Source of the DNA: a virus
Virus record (IMG/VR): IMGVR_UViG_3300028045_000005
Strand: one strand, 5' to 3'
DNA length: 37,051 nt
Made by a program: the position numbers and the translations under genes. Positions 6,905 through 13,987 of the stretch are shown here, in pieces. The stretch's first letter is position 1. Each line of letters opens with the position of its first letter. The notes below the pieces were generated by a model. That model saw only the letters and a list, made by a program, of their open reading frames with translations. It ran no database searches and was not told the DNA's origin.

Positions 6905-8372
6905 CGACTCCTAATGATAATCCAAACTGTTTAGCGTTTGCCAGCTTGTCTTCCTTAATTTCCTCAAGCATTTCTATTGCCTGGTCTTCACTTAAATTAG
7001 GGTTTAGCTCTTGGATAACAGTGTGCTCTTTAGCAGCGTTCAACTCTCTTTTAAGCTTAAATGCTGTGAGTATATCCATTTCTGACTGCAAAGGTTTAGG
7101 CTTCACATAATGGACTTCTAATTGGTCCTCTAGCTTGAATAGACCAGTACCATTGACCTCATCGAACTTCTTAATAATCTCAAATATACCCTGCTCAAAC
7201 TCTTCATACCGCTGGGCGTTCTCTTCTCTTACTTCTGTGACATCTGCCATCGCAAGCATTCTATCAAACCCAGATGTGAAATTCTTTTCACTTCCGGCAA
7301 GAGATACACCGTCAAGGCCATGGTCTGCCATGATAGATGAGGCGTAGTCATAAACAACACCCTTAATGCCTTCGAGATCAGGGCTTGGGTTAATAAAATC
7401 AGCTTCAGTTGGAGGTGCTCCCTCTTCGGTAGATTGTGGCAATTCAAGTGAGACACTGTGCCCCGTGAATAATTGCTTAACCTCACTACCTGCAGGATAT
7501 TTAATAGTAAGCATTCCAAGGGATGCTCTCGAGGCGCCGGTTAAGAGATCTGAATTTAATATATTGATCCACACTGACTCAAGTGGAAGTGAGTTTTCAA
7601 CTGGCTTGTCTGGTACATCCCAATCTTGAGACAACCATTCAAAAGGCAGCTTCCCTAAAGGGTTTTTTAGATCAGGATTTTCAGGGTCTTCAACAAGCTT
7701 GAGCTCCGAGACCATTTTACCCTTTTCGTCTTTATGTGTTTTTACAATCCATGCAGCATGGAACTCTTTAGACCACATGGTGTAAGTTTTTGTCTCAACA
7801 CCGGCGTCATTTGCTGACTCCATTATTTTTTGGTCTACACCATCATTCTTGTCACTAAATCCTGTGATATTCCCGTCCGGATAGGAAAGAATAACAGTTT
7901 CTAGCTCACCAGTATCTGGGTTTATGATCACGTCAAATAAGTATGGTGCAAGAATCTTTAGTTTGAACTCTGTTTTTATAATTGGATCATTCCAAACCCA
8001 GCCAAGATTGTATCTGTGCCTGTTAAATACCACATCCATTAGCTGGAATGACTTATCGAACTTCCCCTGGCCATAAACCATGTCTAAGTTTTCATTTGGC
8101 TCGTTTGAGATAGTTCTTATTGGTGGTTTTTTGTAAACCTTAGCTTTTTTATTGGTTACTTTGCCATGAATGTTCACATTGGAAACAATCATCTGTGCAT
8201 GGGACTCTGGATACAGGTCTTTAAGAGAGTTTTCTACATAGTATCTCTGGTTTCCTGCATATATTTGGTAATTCTGCCACTCTCTCTTTTTCCTATCTAC
8301 GTTTTCCTGGGATTCAATCTCACTTATTAGGGCCGAAACATCTGAAGGGTCGGTTATATTGAAACGAGGCAT
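6855..8372 (-). CDS. Portal protein
   Basis: 505 aa, immediately downstream of the large terminase gene, with an acidic C-terminal tail. Size and position are typical of SPP1-type portals. Confidence 0.75.
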   Translation of the reverse strand: MPRFNITDPSDVSALISEIESQENVDRKKREWQNYQIYAGNQRYYVENSLKDLYPESHAQMIVSNVNIHGKVTNKKAKVYKKPPIRTISNEPNENLDMVYGQGKFDKSFQLMDVVFNRHRYNLGWVWNDPIIKTEFKLKILAPYLFDVIINPDTGELETVILSYPDGNITGFSDKNDGVDQKIMESANDAGVETKTYTMWSKEFHAAWIVKTHKDEKGKMVSELKLVEDPENPDLKNPLGKLPFEWLSQDWDVPDKPVENSLPLESVWINILNSDLLTGASRASLGMLTIKYPAGSEVKQLFTGHSVSLELPQSTEEGAPPTEADFINPSPDLEGIKGVVYDYASSIMADHGLDGVSLAGSEKNFTSGFDRMLAMADVTEVREENAQRYEEFEQGIFEIIKKFDEVNGTGLFKLEDQLEVHYVKPKPLQSEMDILTAFKLKRELNAAKEHTVIQELNPNLSEDQAIEMLEEIKEDKLANAKQFGLSLGVDDGQVQEPDQEEQDRS

Positions 8373-8388
8373 ATATTAATCCTTTAAT

Positions 8389-9813
8389 TTAGTGTCTTGC
8401 TTTTATAGTAACTGTTTTTGACTTGGTACGTCCATAGCACCTAACAACCCCATAGCCTGCTGCAGTAGTAACGTGTTGATATGGCTTACTGTCATCTTCC
8501 TGGTAGCTTGCGCCAGCTTTGAGCTCACATAAACGAAAGCCCTTATCAAGATTCACACACTCCTTGTAGATGAATAATCTGTGTTGACCCTCATCGTTTT
8601 CACAGTATGCATTTACCCTGTTATGCCTTTCCTTTATGGGTGGGTTTGCTGTTGGAATATCTATCTCAAACATTATTTTCTGGTTCTTTCTATTTTTGTT
8701 GTTGGAGAAAAAGTTTTTTATGATCTCATAATTAGTATGTTCTGAATTAGTTGACCTTGCCTTCCCCGTGGCATCACCTTGAACCTTATACACAGTATCG
8801 TAATCCAAGAAACCTAACCCCAAGAGTTCTTTGCAACTCTCTTCCGTTCTCATTGATTCAATAACTATTTCGTTAAAGAAATGAAACTGCCCTTTAATGA
8901 ATTGAAACAGACACAAAGAAAGGGGCTTCCCTACACCAATATTAAAGTCCCATGAGATGTAAATAGGATATTTAGCATTAACCCGATAACTGTAATCTCT
9001 ATAGTTGTATTCTCTTTTGTAGCATGAATATATTTTGCCAGTGCCATCTGAGACCCATCGACCTCTAAGTTTTCTTTCGGCCTCTATTGGAGAAAGATTT
9101 GCTTTCAGCCCTTCCAAATATGTCTTGGGTAGAAATGGATTATCTTCTGCATTTGAATAGTGAACTTTCCTAGAGGGGAATTTGCCATCATCTAAAATAA
9201 AATAGTTGTATGCCCAATGCGTTTCCTCGTCTGGGTTTGTTAGGTATAAAATCCAGTTCTCTTTAACGTTTGAGTTAATAGAATTTATTCTACCTACTCT
9301 TGAAAACAATTCTGGGTGTACTTTCTGACACTCTTCAGTATCATTTTCTGTCACCTCTTCCCATATAGCTGCCGAATAAGGGTGTGATCTAAGTTTTTTA
9401 TATTTCTTATCTGCCCATGACCTTGATCTTATTTTAGCTCCGTTAATGTAATCAATTGAGGCTTTCTGTTTATTGTGCGTAAAGTGTACGCCTTCTCTCA
9501 TCGTGTCTTTCATGCCGTCGATGACTATCTCTGACCCTTCCATGTGATCCACTAGCATTTCAATCATTGTTTCTTTGAGATCTGGCATGGCCTTTCTGAA
9601 TAACCCAAACCGTGCATCTGAGAATTTAAGACAGTGGCTTACGGCCATATGAATTGCGAATATAGATTTAGCACTACCTACAGTTCCACTCATGAGCATT
9701 TCTAAAACGCCATTAACATCATAGTTATATGTTTTTCTCATGAAATAAATTAAGTCGTATTGCCATTGGATATCACGTGGATTGAATTCACTAAATACTG
9801 GGACATCTGCCAT
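8389..9813 (-). CDS. terL: Terminase large subunit
   Basis: 474 aa. Walker A-like MSGTVGSAKS near the N-terminus, Walker B-like AAIWEEVTE, and a C-terminal nuclease-sized domain. TAATG-coupled to the upstream small-subunit gene. Confidence 0.85.
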   Translation of the reverse strand: MADVPVFSEFNPRDIQWQYDLIYFMRKTYNYDVNGVLEMLMSGTVGSAKSIFAIHMAVSHCLKFSDARFGLFRKAMPDLKETMIEMLVDHMEGSEIVIDGMKDTMREGVHFTHNKQKASIDYINGAKIRSRSWADKKYKKLRSHPYSAAIWEEVTENDTEECQKVHPELFSRVGRINSINSNVKENWILYLTNPDEETHWAYNYFILDDGKFPSRKVHYSNAEDNPFLPKTYLEGLKANLSPIEAERKLRGRWVSDGTGKIYSCYKREYNYRDYSYRVNAKYPIYISWDFNIGVGKPLSLCLFQFIKGQFHFFNEIVIESMRTEESCKELLGLGFLDYDTVYKVQGDATGKARSTNSEHTNYEIIKNFFSNNKNRKNQKIMFEIDIPTANPPIKERHNRVNAYCENDEGQHRLFIYKECVNLDKGFRLCELKAGASYQEDDSKPYQHVTTAAGYGVVRCYGRTKSKTVTIKARH

Positions 9814-10211
9814 TAGGTTAGCTCACACTTGGTTACAAATGTTACTTGGTTTGATGCATCTGTTTTATTTTCTTCTTGCTTGTTGCCATACTCTCTGTGA
9901 TATCTAGTCTGGAGTACTAATTGAATTGCCCGCCAGTCTACTTTTTTAGCGTCAAAATTATCTATTTTCTTAGTTGACCCTGATGCCATATACAATAAAC
10001 GCTGCTCAAAAAACAACAACCCTTTTGATACACCCCGTCGTATACTGTCTCGAAATTCTTCATGCTCATCCATCCAACGATAGATTGTTGCCCTTCCTAT
10101 GCCTAGATGTCCAGCGCACCCGTGTATAGAATGACCTTTAGCCAGAAACTCTTCTGCTTCTCCACAGTGATCTACACTATAATCGGTTGGCCGGCCCCGC
10201 GGCATTAGCAA
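9813..10211 (-). CDS. terS: Terminase small subunit (HTH type)
   Basis: 132 aa. PRGRPTDY...LGIGRATIYRWMDEHEEFRDSI is the common N-terminal HTH signature of small terminases. Lies directly upstream of terL. Confidence 0.7.
   Translation of the reverse strand: MLMPRGRPTDYSVDHCGEAEEFLAKGHSIHGCAGHLGIGRATIYRWMDEHEEFRDSIRRGVSKGLLFFEQRLLYMASGSTKKIDNFDAKKVDWRAIQLVLQTRYHREYGNKQEENKTDASNQVTFVTKCELT
10190..10202. other. All-G/C 13-mer GCCGGCCCCGCGG, copy 1 (inside codons 4-8 of terS; includes FseI-type GGCCGGCC and SacII-type CCGCGG palindromes)
   Basis: Read directly. An identical 13-mer in the same orientation is at 13991..14003, in a different reading frame. Confidence 0.8.
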
Positions 10212-11479
10212 CTCCTCGGCATAGATTCTTCTTTCACTGCTTTTAACTCTTCATATGTAGCACCAGTGCTTTCAAGTTTAGCTTTTTTACCTGAGAATTT
10301 TTCAAAGCGCTCAATTACAACGTCACAGTAATGCTCGTCGAGCTCTAGCCCGTAGCATTTTCTTTTTGTTTTTTCACAGGCGATTAGAGTTGAGCCAGAG
10401 CCTAGAAATAAGTCTATAACATTGTAGTCCTTGCCCCACTTATTGATAAACCATTCGCAAATACCGACGGGCTTTTGAGTAGGGTGCACTCTTTTGCCGT
10501 CCTCAGGCTTCATCCCTGCCACGCCCTTATAGGTCACCCGTGCTATATCTCTTTTATGCTTAACCATAGACCAGCACAACTCAAAGTTTGATGCAAAACC
10601 GGCATCCATAAGAGAGTCATTGCCACCTGTCTTGTCCCAAACAACCCAAGATCCCCCAGAGGGCAAACTCCAGCAATAATAATCGGCGCCCCATAAAAAC
10701 ATCTCTTTAGGCGACAATATCTCGAATAAAAATGTAGGATCAAAATACTCAGAATCGCCGAGAACTTTATCGTAAGTGTTGCCACTTTTGATATTTCGCT
10801 TGGAGTTTTTAGATGGAAGGCATTTTGAATAGTCCGTGTCGAGGTCCATCCCATATGGCGGATCAGTAAAAACCATATCAGCTTTCTCACCCTGCATTAA
10901 CCTCTCAACATCATCAATCATTGTACTATCGCCGCACATCACTCTATGATCACCAAGCAACCAAACATCACCTCTTTTAGTGACAGGATCATGCTTAACC
11001 CCAGGCACGTGGTCGTCTTTTTCAGATGGGGGTAAAATTTCTGCTTCTATATCTAAAAGCCCCATGTCAAAGTCAGGTATATCAATCTGGTTTTTCGCTT
11101 CACTCATATCAATTTCAGCTGTAAACTCTAGGTAACCATCTGCGTTAACTTTGGCATAATTAGAGTCACACTCAAGTAATTTAAGCTTTGCTTCTCCTAT
11201 GTTCTCAGCTTCGATTCTACATGCTGGGATAGGGGGAATTACGTACCCCTCTTCTTCGAGCTTCCTCATGACCATGACTCTATGATGACCGTCTAAAATG
11301 AAGTTAGTGCCTTCGTTGGGCCATATAAAAATAGGGAATGAAAAACCTCTTTGTAGTATCCGAGATTTTAGCTTTTCATAATTTTCAGTTGATAGTGTCT
11401 TTAGATTGCCCTGCAGTAATGTAAATTCTTTTAGAGGGAGTTCAATCTCACCCTTGCAGGATATGCGTACTACTTTCAA
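10205..11479 (-). CDS. ParB-like nuclease domain fused to a DNA methyltransferase (beta-class N6A/N4C, DPPY type)
   Basis: 424 aa. TTG start preceded by AGGAG at 6-nt spacing. ILDGHHR (ParB-N motif), FTDPPYG (motif IV), then DLFLGSGSTLIACEKTKRKCYGLELD (motif I, FxGxG). Confidence 0.85.
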   Translation of the reverse strand: MKVVRISCKGEIELPLKEFTLLQGNLKTLSTENYEKLKSRILQRGFSFPIFIWPNEGTNFILDGHHRVMVMRKLEEEGYVIPPIPACRIEAENIGEAKLKLLECDSNYAKVNADGYLEFTAEIDMSEAKNQIDIPDFDMGLLDIEAEILPPSEKDDHVPGVKHDPVTKRGDVWLLGDHRVMCGDSTMIDDVERLMQGEKADMVFTDPPYGMDLDTDYSKCLPSKNSKRNIKSGNTYDKVLGDSEYFDPTFLFEILSPKEMFLWGADYYCWSLPSGGSWVVWDKTGGNDSLMDAGFASNFELCWSMVKHKRDIARVTYKGVAGMKPEDGKRVHPTQKPVGICEWFINKWGKDYNVIDLFLGSGSTLIACEKTKRKCYGLELDEHYCDVVIERFEKFSGKKAKLESTGATYEELKAVKEESMPRSC

Positions 11480-11516
11480 GGAATTCTCCTAAGCTTGAGT
11501 TCTCAAGTGTGCTTAA

Positions 11517-11546
11517 ATGTTAGTGGATTAGTTAGTGGAGCGTCAA
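11517..11546 (-). promoter_or_regulatory. Candidate sigma70-like promoter for the ParB-MTase gene, followed by the palindrome CTTGAGAACTCAAG
   Basis: Minus strand reads TTGACG-N18-TAACAT. The -35 sits in CTTGACGCTC, the same 10-mer as at 13141..13150. A direct repeat TCCACTAA x2 lies in the spacer. Weak -10. Confidence 0.25.
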
Positions 11547-13108
11547 GTTTTGTTAATCCTGGCTTCCGCTATAGTAAAAAACTCTTCTTCTCTCTCAACA
11601 CCTACAAAGTTGAAACCGTTCCGTTTGCAGGCGATGCCAGTTGTTCCGCTGCCCATGAAAGGGTCGAGGCATGTACCGCCTGAGGGAGTAACTAGTTTTA
11701 TAAGCCATTCCATGAGTTTGATTGGTTTGACAGTCGCGTGAAAATTACCCCTATCATCACACCCCGCATTTCTCTCGCTCTTTGAAGCTTTTGGGCAATA
11801 CAAAAACGGTGCGTCTAATTCAGTTATTGGGAGGGCGTTGAAAAATCTTGAGGCTGAGCCTTGATCAGTTTTCCTTGGCGGAGCGAGGCTCTTGCCCTGG
11901 CTAGACATTTTCCATGATTTTGTGTTTTGAACACTGGGAAAATTCCCGCTAGTTCTTATCACACACTGCTCCAAAAATTCCTTCTCAACACTCTCACTCC
12001 CGTCATGGAGTAGGTTGGCGGGGTGACGGCCTTGGTCATTAGGAGTAAATACCTTTTGGTCTCTCTGGTCTTTCTGATAGATATTGCCCTGGTTCCCAGA
12101 CTGCCCCTGAACTGTTTTTGATGCCTGCTTGTCCTGATTATTCTGGAACTCAACCCTACAAGCATCAATATTCATCGCACCCACGCCGTGCGCTTCAATG
12201 TTTTTGGTCATTGGTTTCAAGTGGGGTTTTTGAAATACGCCGATTGGCTCGACGCAGGGCTTCAGGCTTTGTAGTCCATATTTCCACCCCTGCCATTTTT
12301 CAAAGTCTAACCCTATAATTTCTTTCTGGCATTTTCCGCAAGCTTGTGTTCTGAGTTGCTTTGGAACAGCTCTAGATTTTCTATTCGATTGTCTCGCGGG
12401 TTGTGGTTTTTGTGATGTACTATCTCTGTTCTTTTCAGAGGCCTCTTTAAATGTCTCGCCATCATCAGCCTGTGTTCCAGGATGTAACCGTTCGCTTTTT
12501 TCATCTCCAGGTATTCTTTCGGGCATCTCACAAAGATCGGTCCTTTGTAGCTCCCCACGTCCTCCTTGTAGTACCTCCCTCCCTTCCACGCAGGGTTGTT
12601 TTTGCCCGCAAGTTTCGGGTTTGCACCTCTCAACCCTTTCGGTGGGTATGCTTTGTTCCGACATGCTCTGCTGCAAAATTTCCCTTTCTGTTTTTCCAGC
12701 TGGGACTTTCTCCGGTAGATTTGTGTCGGGCAAAGATCGCATGTCGTGTTTGGTTTTCTCATGGCAAGTACAGTACCTTTTTTCAAATTGTTTATAAAGA
12801 TCCGTTGCTTTCGGAAATCCCTGGCCTTGCACCCACGCTATCATTGGGTGCACTATCATACCGAGATCCTCGATCTGTACAGCGAGCCTGTGAAAAGTTC
12901 TTGATGCACTCATGGCGATTAAATAACCACCAGGCTTAAGCACTCTAATGCATTCTTTCCATATACCGATAGGGGGTAGTGCCTTATCCCAGTTTTTCCC
13001 CATAAAGGAGATGCCATAAGGAGGGTCGGTTACAATTGAGTCTATTGAATTACTCTCAATATCTTTTAAAACGTTATAAGAATTTTCGTTATATAAATCT
13101 AATTTCAT
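11543..13108 (-). CDS. DNA methyltransferase (beta-class, DPPY type) carrying a 161-codon in-frame insertion
   Basis: 521-aa ORF. IVTDPPYG (motif IV) is N-terminal. WQGWKYGLQSLKPCVEPIGVFQKP and GVGAMNIDACRV are central. LDPFMGSGTTGIACKRNGFNFVGVE (motif I) is C-terminal. Residues ~111-271 are a hydrophilic insert that coincides with the HNH ORF in another frame. Confidence 0.75.
   Translation of the reverse strand: MKLDLYNENSYNVLKDIESNSIDSIVTDPPYGISFMGKNWDKALPPIGIWKECIRVLKPGGYLIAMSASRTFHRLAVQIEDLGMIVHPMIAWVQGQGFPKATDLYKQFEKRYCTCHEKTKHDMRSLPDTNLPEKVPAGKTEREILQQSMSEQSIPTERVERCKPETCGQKQPCVEGREVLQGGRGELQRTDLCEMPERIPGDEKSERLHPGTQADDGETFKEASEKNRDSTSQKPQPARQSNRKSRAVPKQLRTQACGKCQKEIIGLDFEKWQGWKYGLQSLKPCVEPIGVFQKPHLKPMTKNIEAHGVGAMNIDACRVEFQNNQDKQASKTVQGQSGNQGNIYQKDQRDQKVFTPNDQGRHPANLLHDGSESVEKEFLEQCVIRTSGNFPSVQNTKSWKMSSQGKSLAPPRKTDQGSASRFFNALPITELDAPFLYCPKASKSERNAGCDDRGNFHATVKPIKLMEWLIKLVTPSGGTCLDPFMGSGTTGIACKRNGFNFVGVEREEEFFTIAEARINKT
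12305..12787 (-). mobile_element. 483-bp homing-endonuclease cassette inserted in the methyltransferase gene, bounded by the direct repeat TTTGAAAAA
   Basis: Repeat copies lie at 12779..12787 and 12296..12304 (minus-strand reading), both decoded F-E-K in the same MTase phase. The interval is visibly more GC-rich and purine-skewed than its flanks and is almost fully occupied by the HNH ORF. Confidence 0.6.
12313..12786 (-). CDS. HNH homing endonuclease (zinc-finger N-terminus plus HNH core), +1 frame relative to the host MTase
   Basis: CDLCPTQIYRRKS...GKFCSRACRNK, NPAWKGG, GYILEHRLMMARHLKRPLKRTEIVHHKNHNPRDNRIENLELFQSNSEH. The track start is TTG 12786; an ATG alternative is at 12762. No clear SD. 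Confidence 0.85.
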   Translation of the reverse strand: MKKGTVLAMRKPNTTCDLCPTQIYRRKSQLEKQKGKFCSRACRNKAYPPKGLRGANPKLAGKNNPAWKGGRYYKEDVGSYKGPIFVRCPKEYLEMKKANGYILEHRLMMARHLKRPLKRTEIVHHKNHNPRDNRIENLELFQSNSEHKLAENARKKL

Positions 13109-13119
13109 AGTGTATTAGA

Positions 13120-13149
13120 ATAGTAGTTTATGGATCAAAAGAGCGTCAA
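13120..13149 (-). promoter_or_regulatory. Candidate sigma70-like promoter for the late/MTase transcription unit, near-leaderless
   Basis: Minus strand reads TTGACG (13149..13144), N18, TACTAT (13125..13120), then 11 nt to ATG 13108. There is no SD upstream of this ATG. Confidence 0.4.
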
Positions 13150-13179
13150 GCCCCAGAATTAGGCTGTTTTCTGGGGGCT
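13149..13179. other. Stable hairpin abutting the -35 element
   Basis: AGCCCCAGAA / TTCTGGGGGCT arms (10 bp with one bulged base) and a 10-nt loop. Confidence 0.5.
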
Positions 13180-13208
13180 AGTTCTTTGTGTGTCGAATAA
13201 CTGCGCAT

Positions 13209-13240
13209 TTTTGTGCATATTTATTAACTCATGCACAAAA
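13209..13240. promoter_or_regulatory. Perfect 10-bp inverted repeat TTTTGTGCAT-N12-ATGCACAAAA (candidate operator)
   Basis: Read directly. It lies between the early-left terminator and the candidate late promoter. Confidence 0.35.
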
Positions 13241-13255
13241 GTCTTTAGTTTTTAG

Positions 13256-13283
13256 GCATAAAAAAGCACCCGTTTCCAGGTGC
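13256..13283 (-). terminator. Rho-independent terminator ending the leftward early operon
   Basis: Minus strand reads AGGCACC-TGGAAACG-GGTGCTTTTTTATG: stem plus T6 tract, about 55 nt downstream of the 13338 stop. Confidence 0.6.
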
Positions 13284-13337
13284 CTTATCTTGCTTGATCT
13301 CTATTCAATCCCGTAAATAGTGGTCGGGTATAATATA

Positions 13338-13598
13338 CTACTTCTTTTTCTTCTTTGGATATCTTAAATCTCTAGGTTTAGATTTCTTAGTGTTAGAGGG
13401 TTTATTTCTTCTCTTTTTGGCCATAATTCCGTCCGTGAATGTTGGTATAAATCTTGGAGTGAGGTTGAAATAGCCGCTACGGCCTTCATTCCCGACATTG
13501 ACCGCCTCGTTGGGGCCTATTTCACTTAAAAGGTCAGCGGCTTCATTGTAAATTTCGTGATCATCGTCGGATCTAACCCATATGAATGATGGTCGCAC
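13338..13598 (-). CDS. Hypothetical protein with an extremely basic C-terminal tail
   Basis: 86 aa. GTG start preceded by AGGAAGGG. The C-terminus reads KKRRNKPSNTKKSKPRDLRYPKKKKK. Confidence 0.5.
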   Translation of the reverse strand: MRPSFIWVRSDDDHEIYNEAADLLSEIGPNEAVNVGNEGRSGYFNLTPRFIPTFTDGIMAKKRRNKPSNTKKSKPRDLRYPKKKKK

Positions 13599-13780
13599 AT
13601 TTCCCTTCCTTGGGGGCCATCCGTGGCAGCTAAATTAATTTTATATTACTTAATCCAATGGCACAAAAAGATGGCAGTGAGTGTTACTTTTTATCAGGTA
13701 GACCCGCCTAAGCCACTGATTCTTTGTAGGAATTAATTACCGTGTCATTATAATATGTATCTACAAACGGAGGGTTTGAA

Positions 13781-13987
13781 ATGAAAGATTCGGAATATAG
13801 GTGTAGTTGTTGCGACCAAATAAAAAACTCTGAAGAGTCAATATCAGTGGCATGGTCGGGCAACGAAGTTATGAGAGATGCTGCTGGGTACACGACTGTC
13901 GAGGTATGTATTGGTTGTTGTGATAAAATACGCGAGGCAGATGTGGTTGGGGTTTTGGATTATTTTAAGTACCTTGTAAACAAGTAA
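13781..13987 (+). CDS. Small zinc-ribbon-like protein, the only plus-strand gene inside the leftward region
   Basis: 68 aa. ATG preceded by GGAGGG at ~7 nt. Cys pairs C-S-C-C and C-x2-C-C. A perfect TATAAT at 13749..13754 has a poor -35 (TTGTAG, 19-nt spacer). Confidence 0.55.
   Translation: MKDSEYRCSCCDQIKNSEESISVAWSGNEVMRDAAGYTTVEVCIGCCDKIREADVVGVLDYFKYLVNK

Noticed and set aside
10543-12168. Same-strand nested ORFs 10543..10890 and 11959..12168 inside the methyltransferase genes
   Set aside because: They are alternative-frame ORFs without motifs or SD, inside regions where the main frame carries clear MTase motifs.
12296-12787. Intein or group I intron as the explanation for the methyltransferase interruption
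   Set aside because: Intein: the HNH motifs are in a different frame from the MTase, and the host-frame junctions lack the Cys/Ser start and His-Asn end residues. Group I intron: the ORF occupies all but roughly 8-30 nt of the 483-bp insert, leaving no space for a ribozyme core. RNA-level splicing cannot be fully excluded without data.
12451-12939. 162-aa plus-strand ORF across the HNH insertion
   Set aside because: The purine-rich sense strand makes stop codons rare in several frames here. The ORF has no SD and no motif, and it is opposite two overlapping, motif-supported frames. I noted it only as a caveat for the 'host frame kept open' argument.
13708-13893. 61-aa minus-strand ORF in the gap of the leftward operon
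   Set aside because: It has a GTG start with no SD and no motif. It overlaps the plus-strand ORF 13781..13987, which has a strong SD and Cys pairs. It is kept only as the alternative hypothesis in the corresponding finding.
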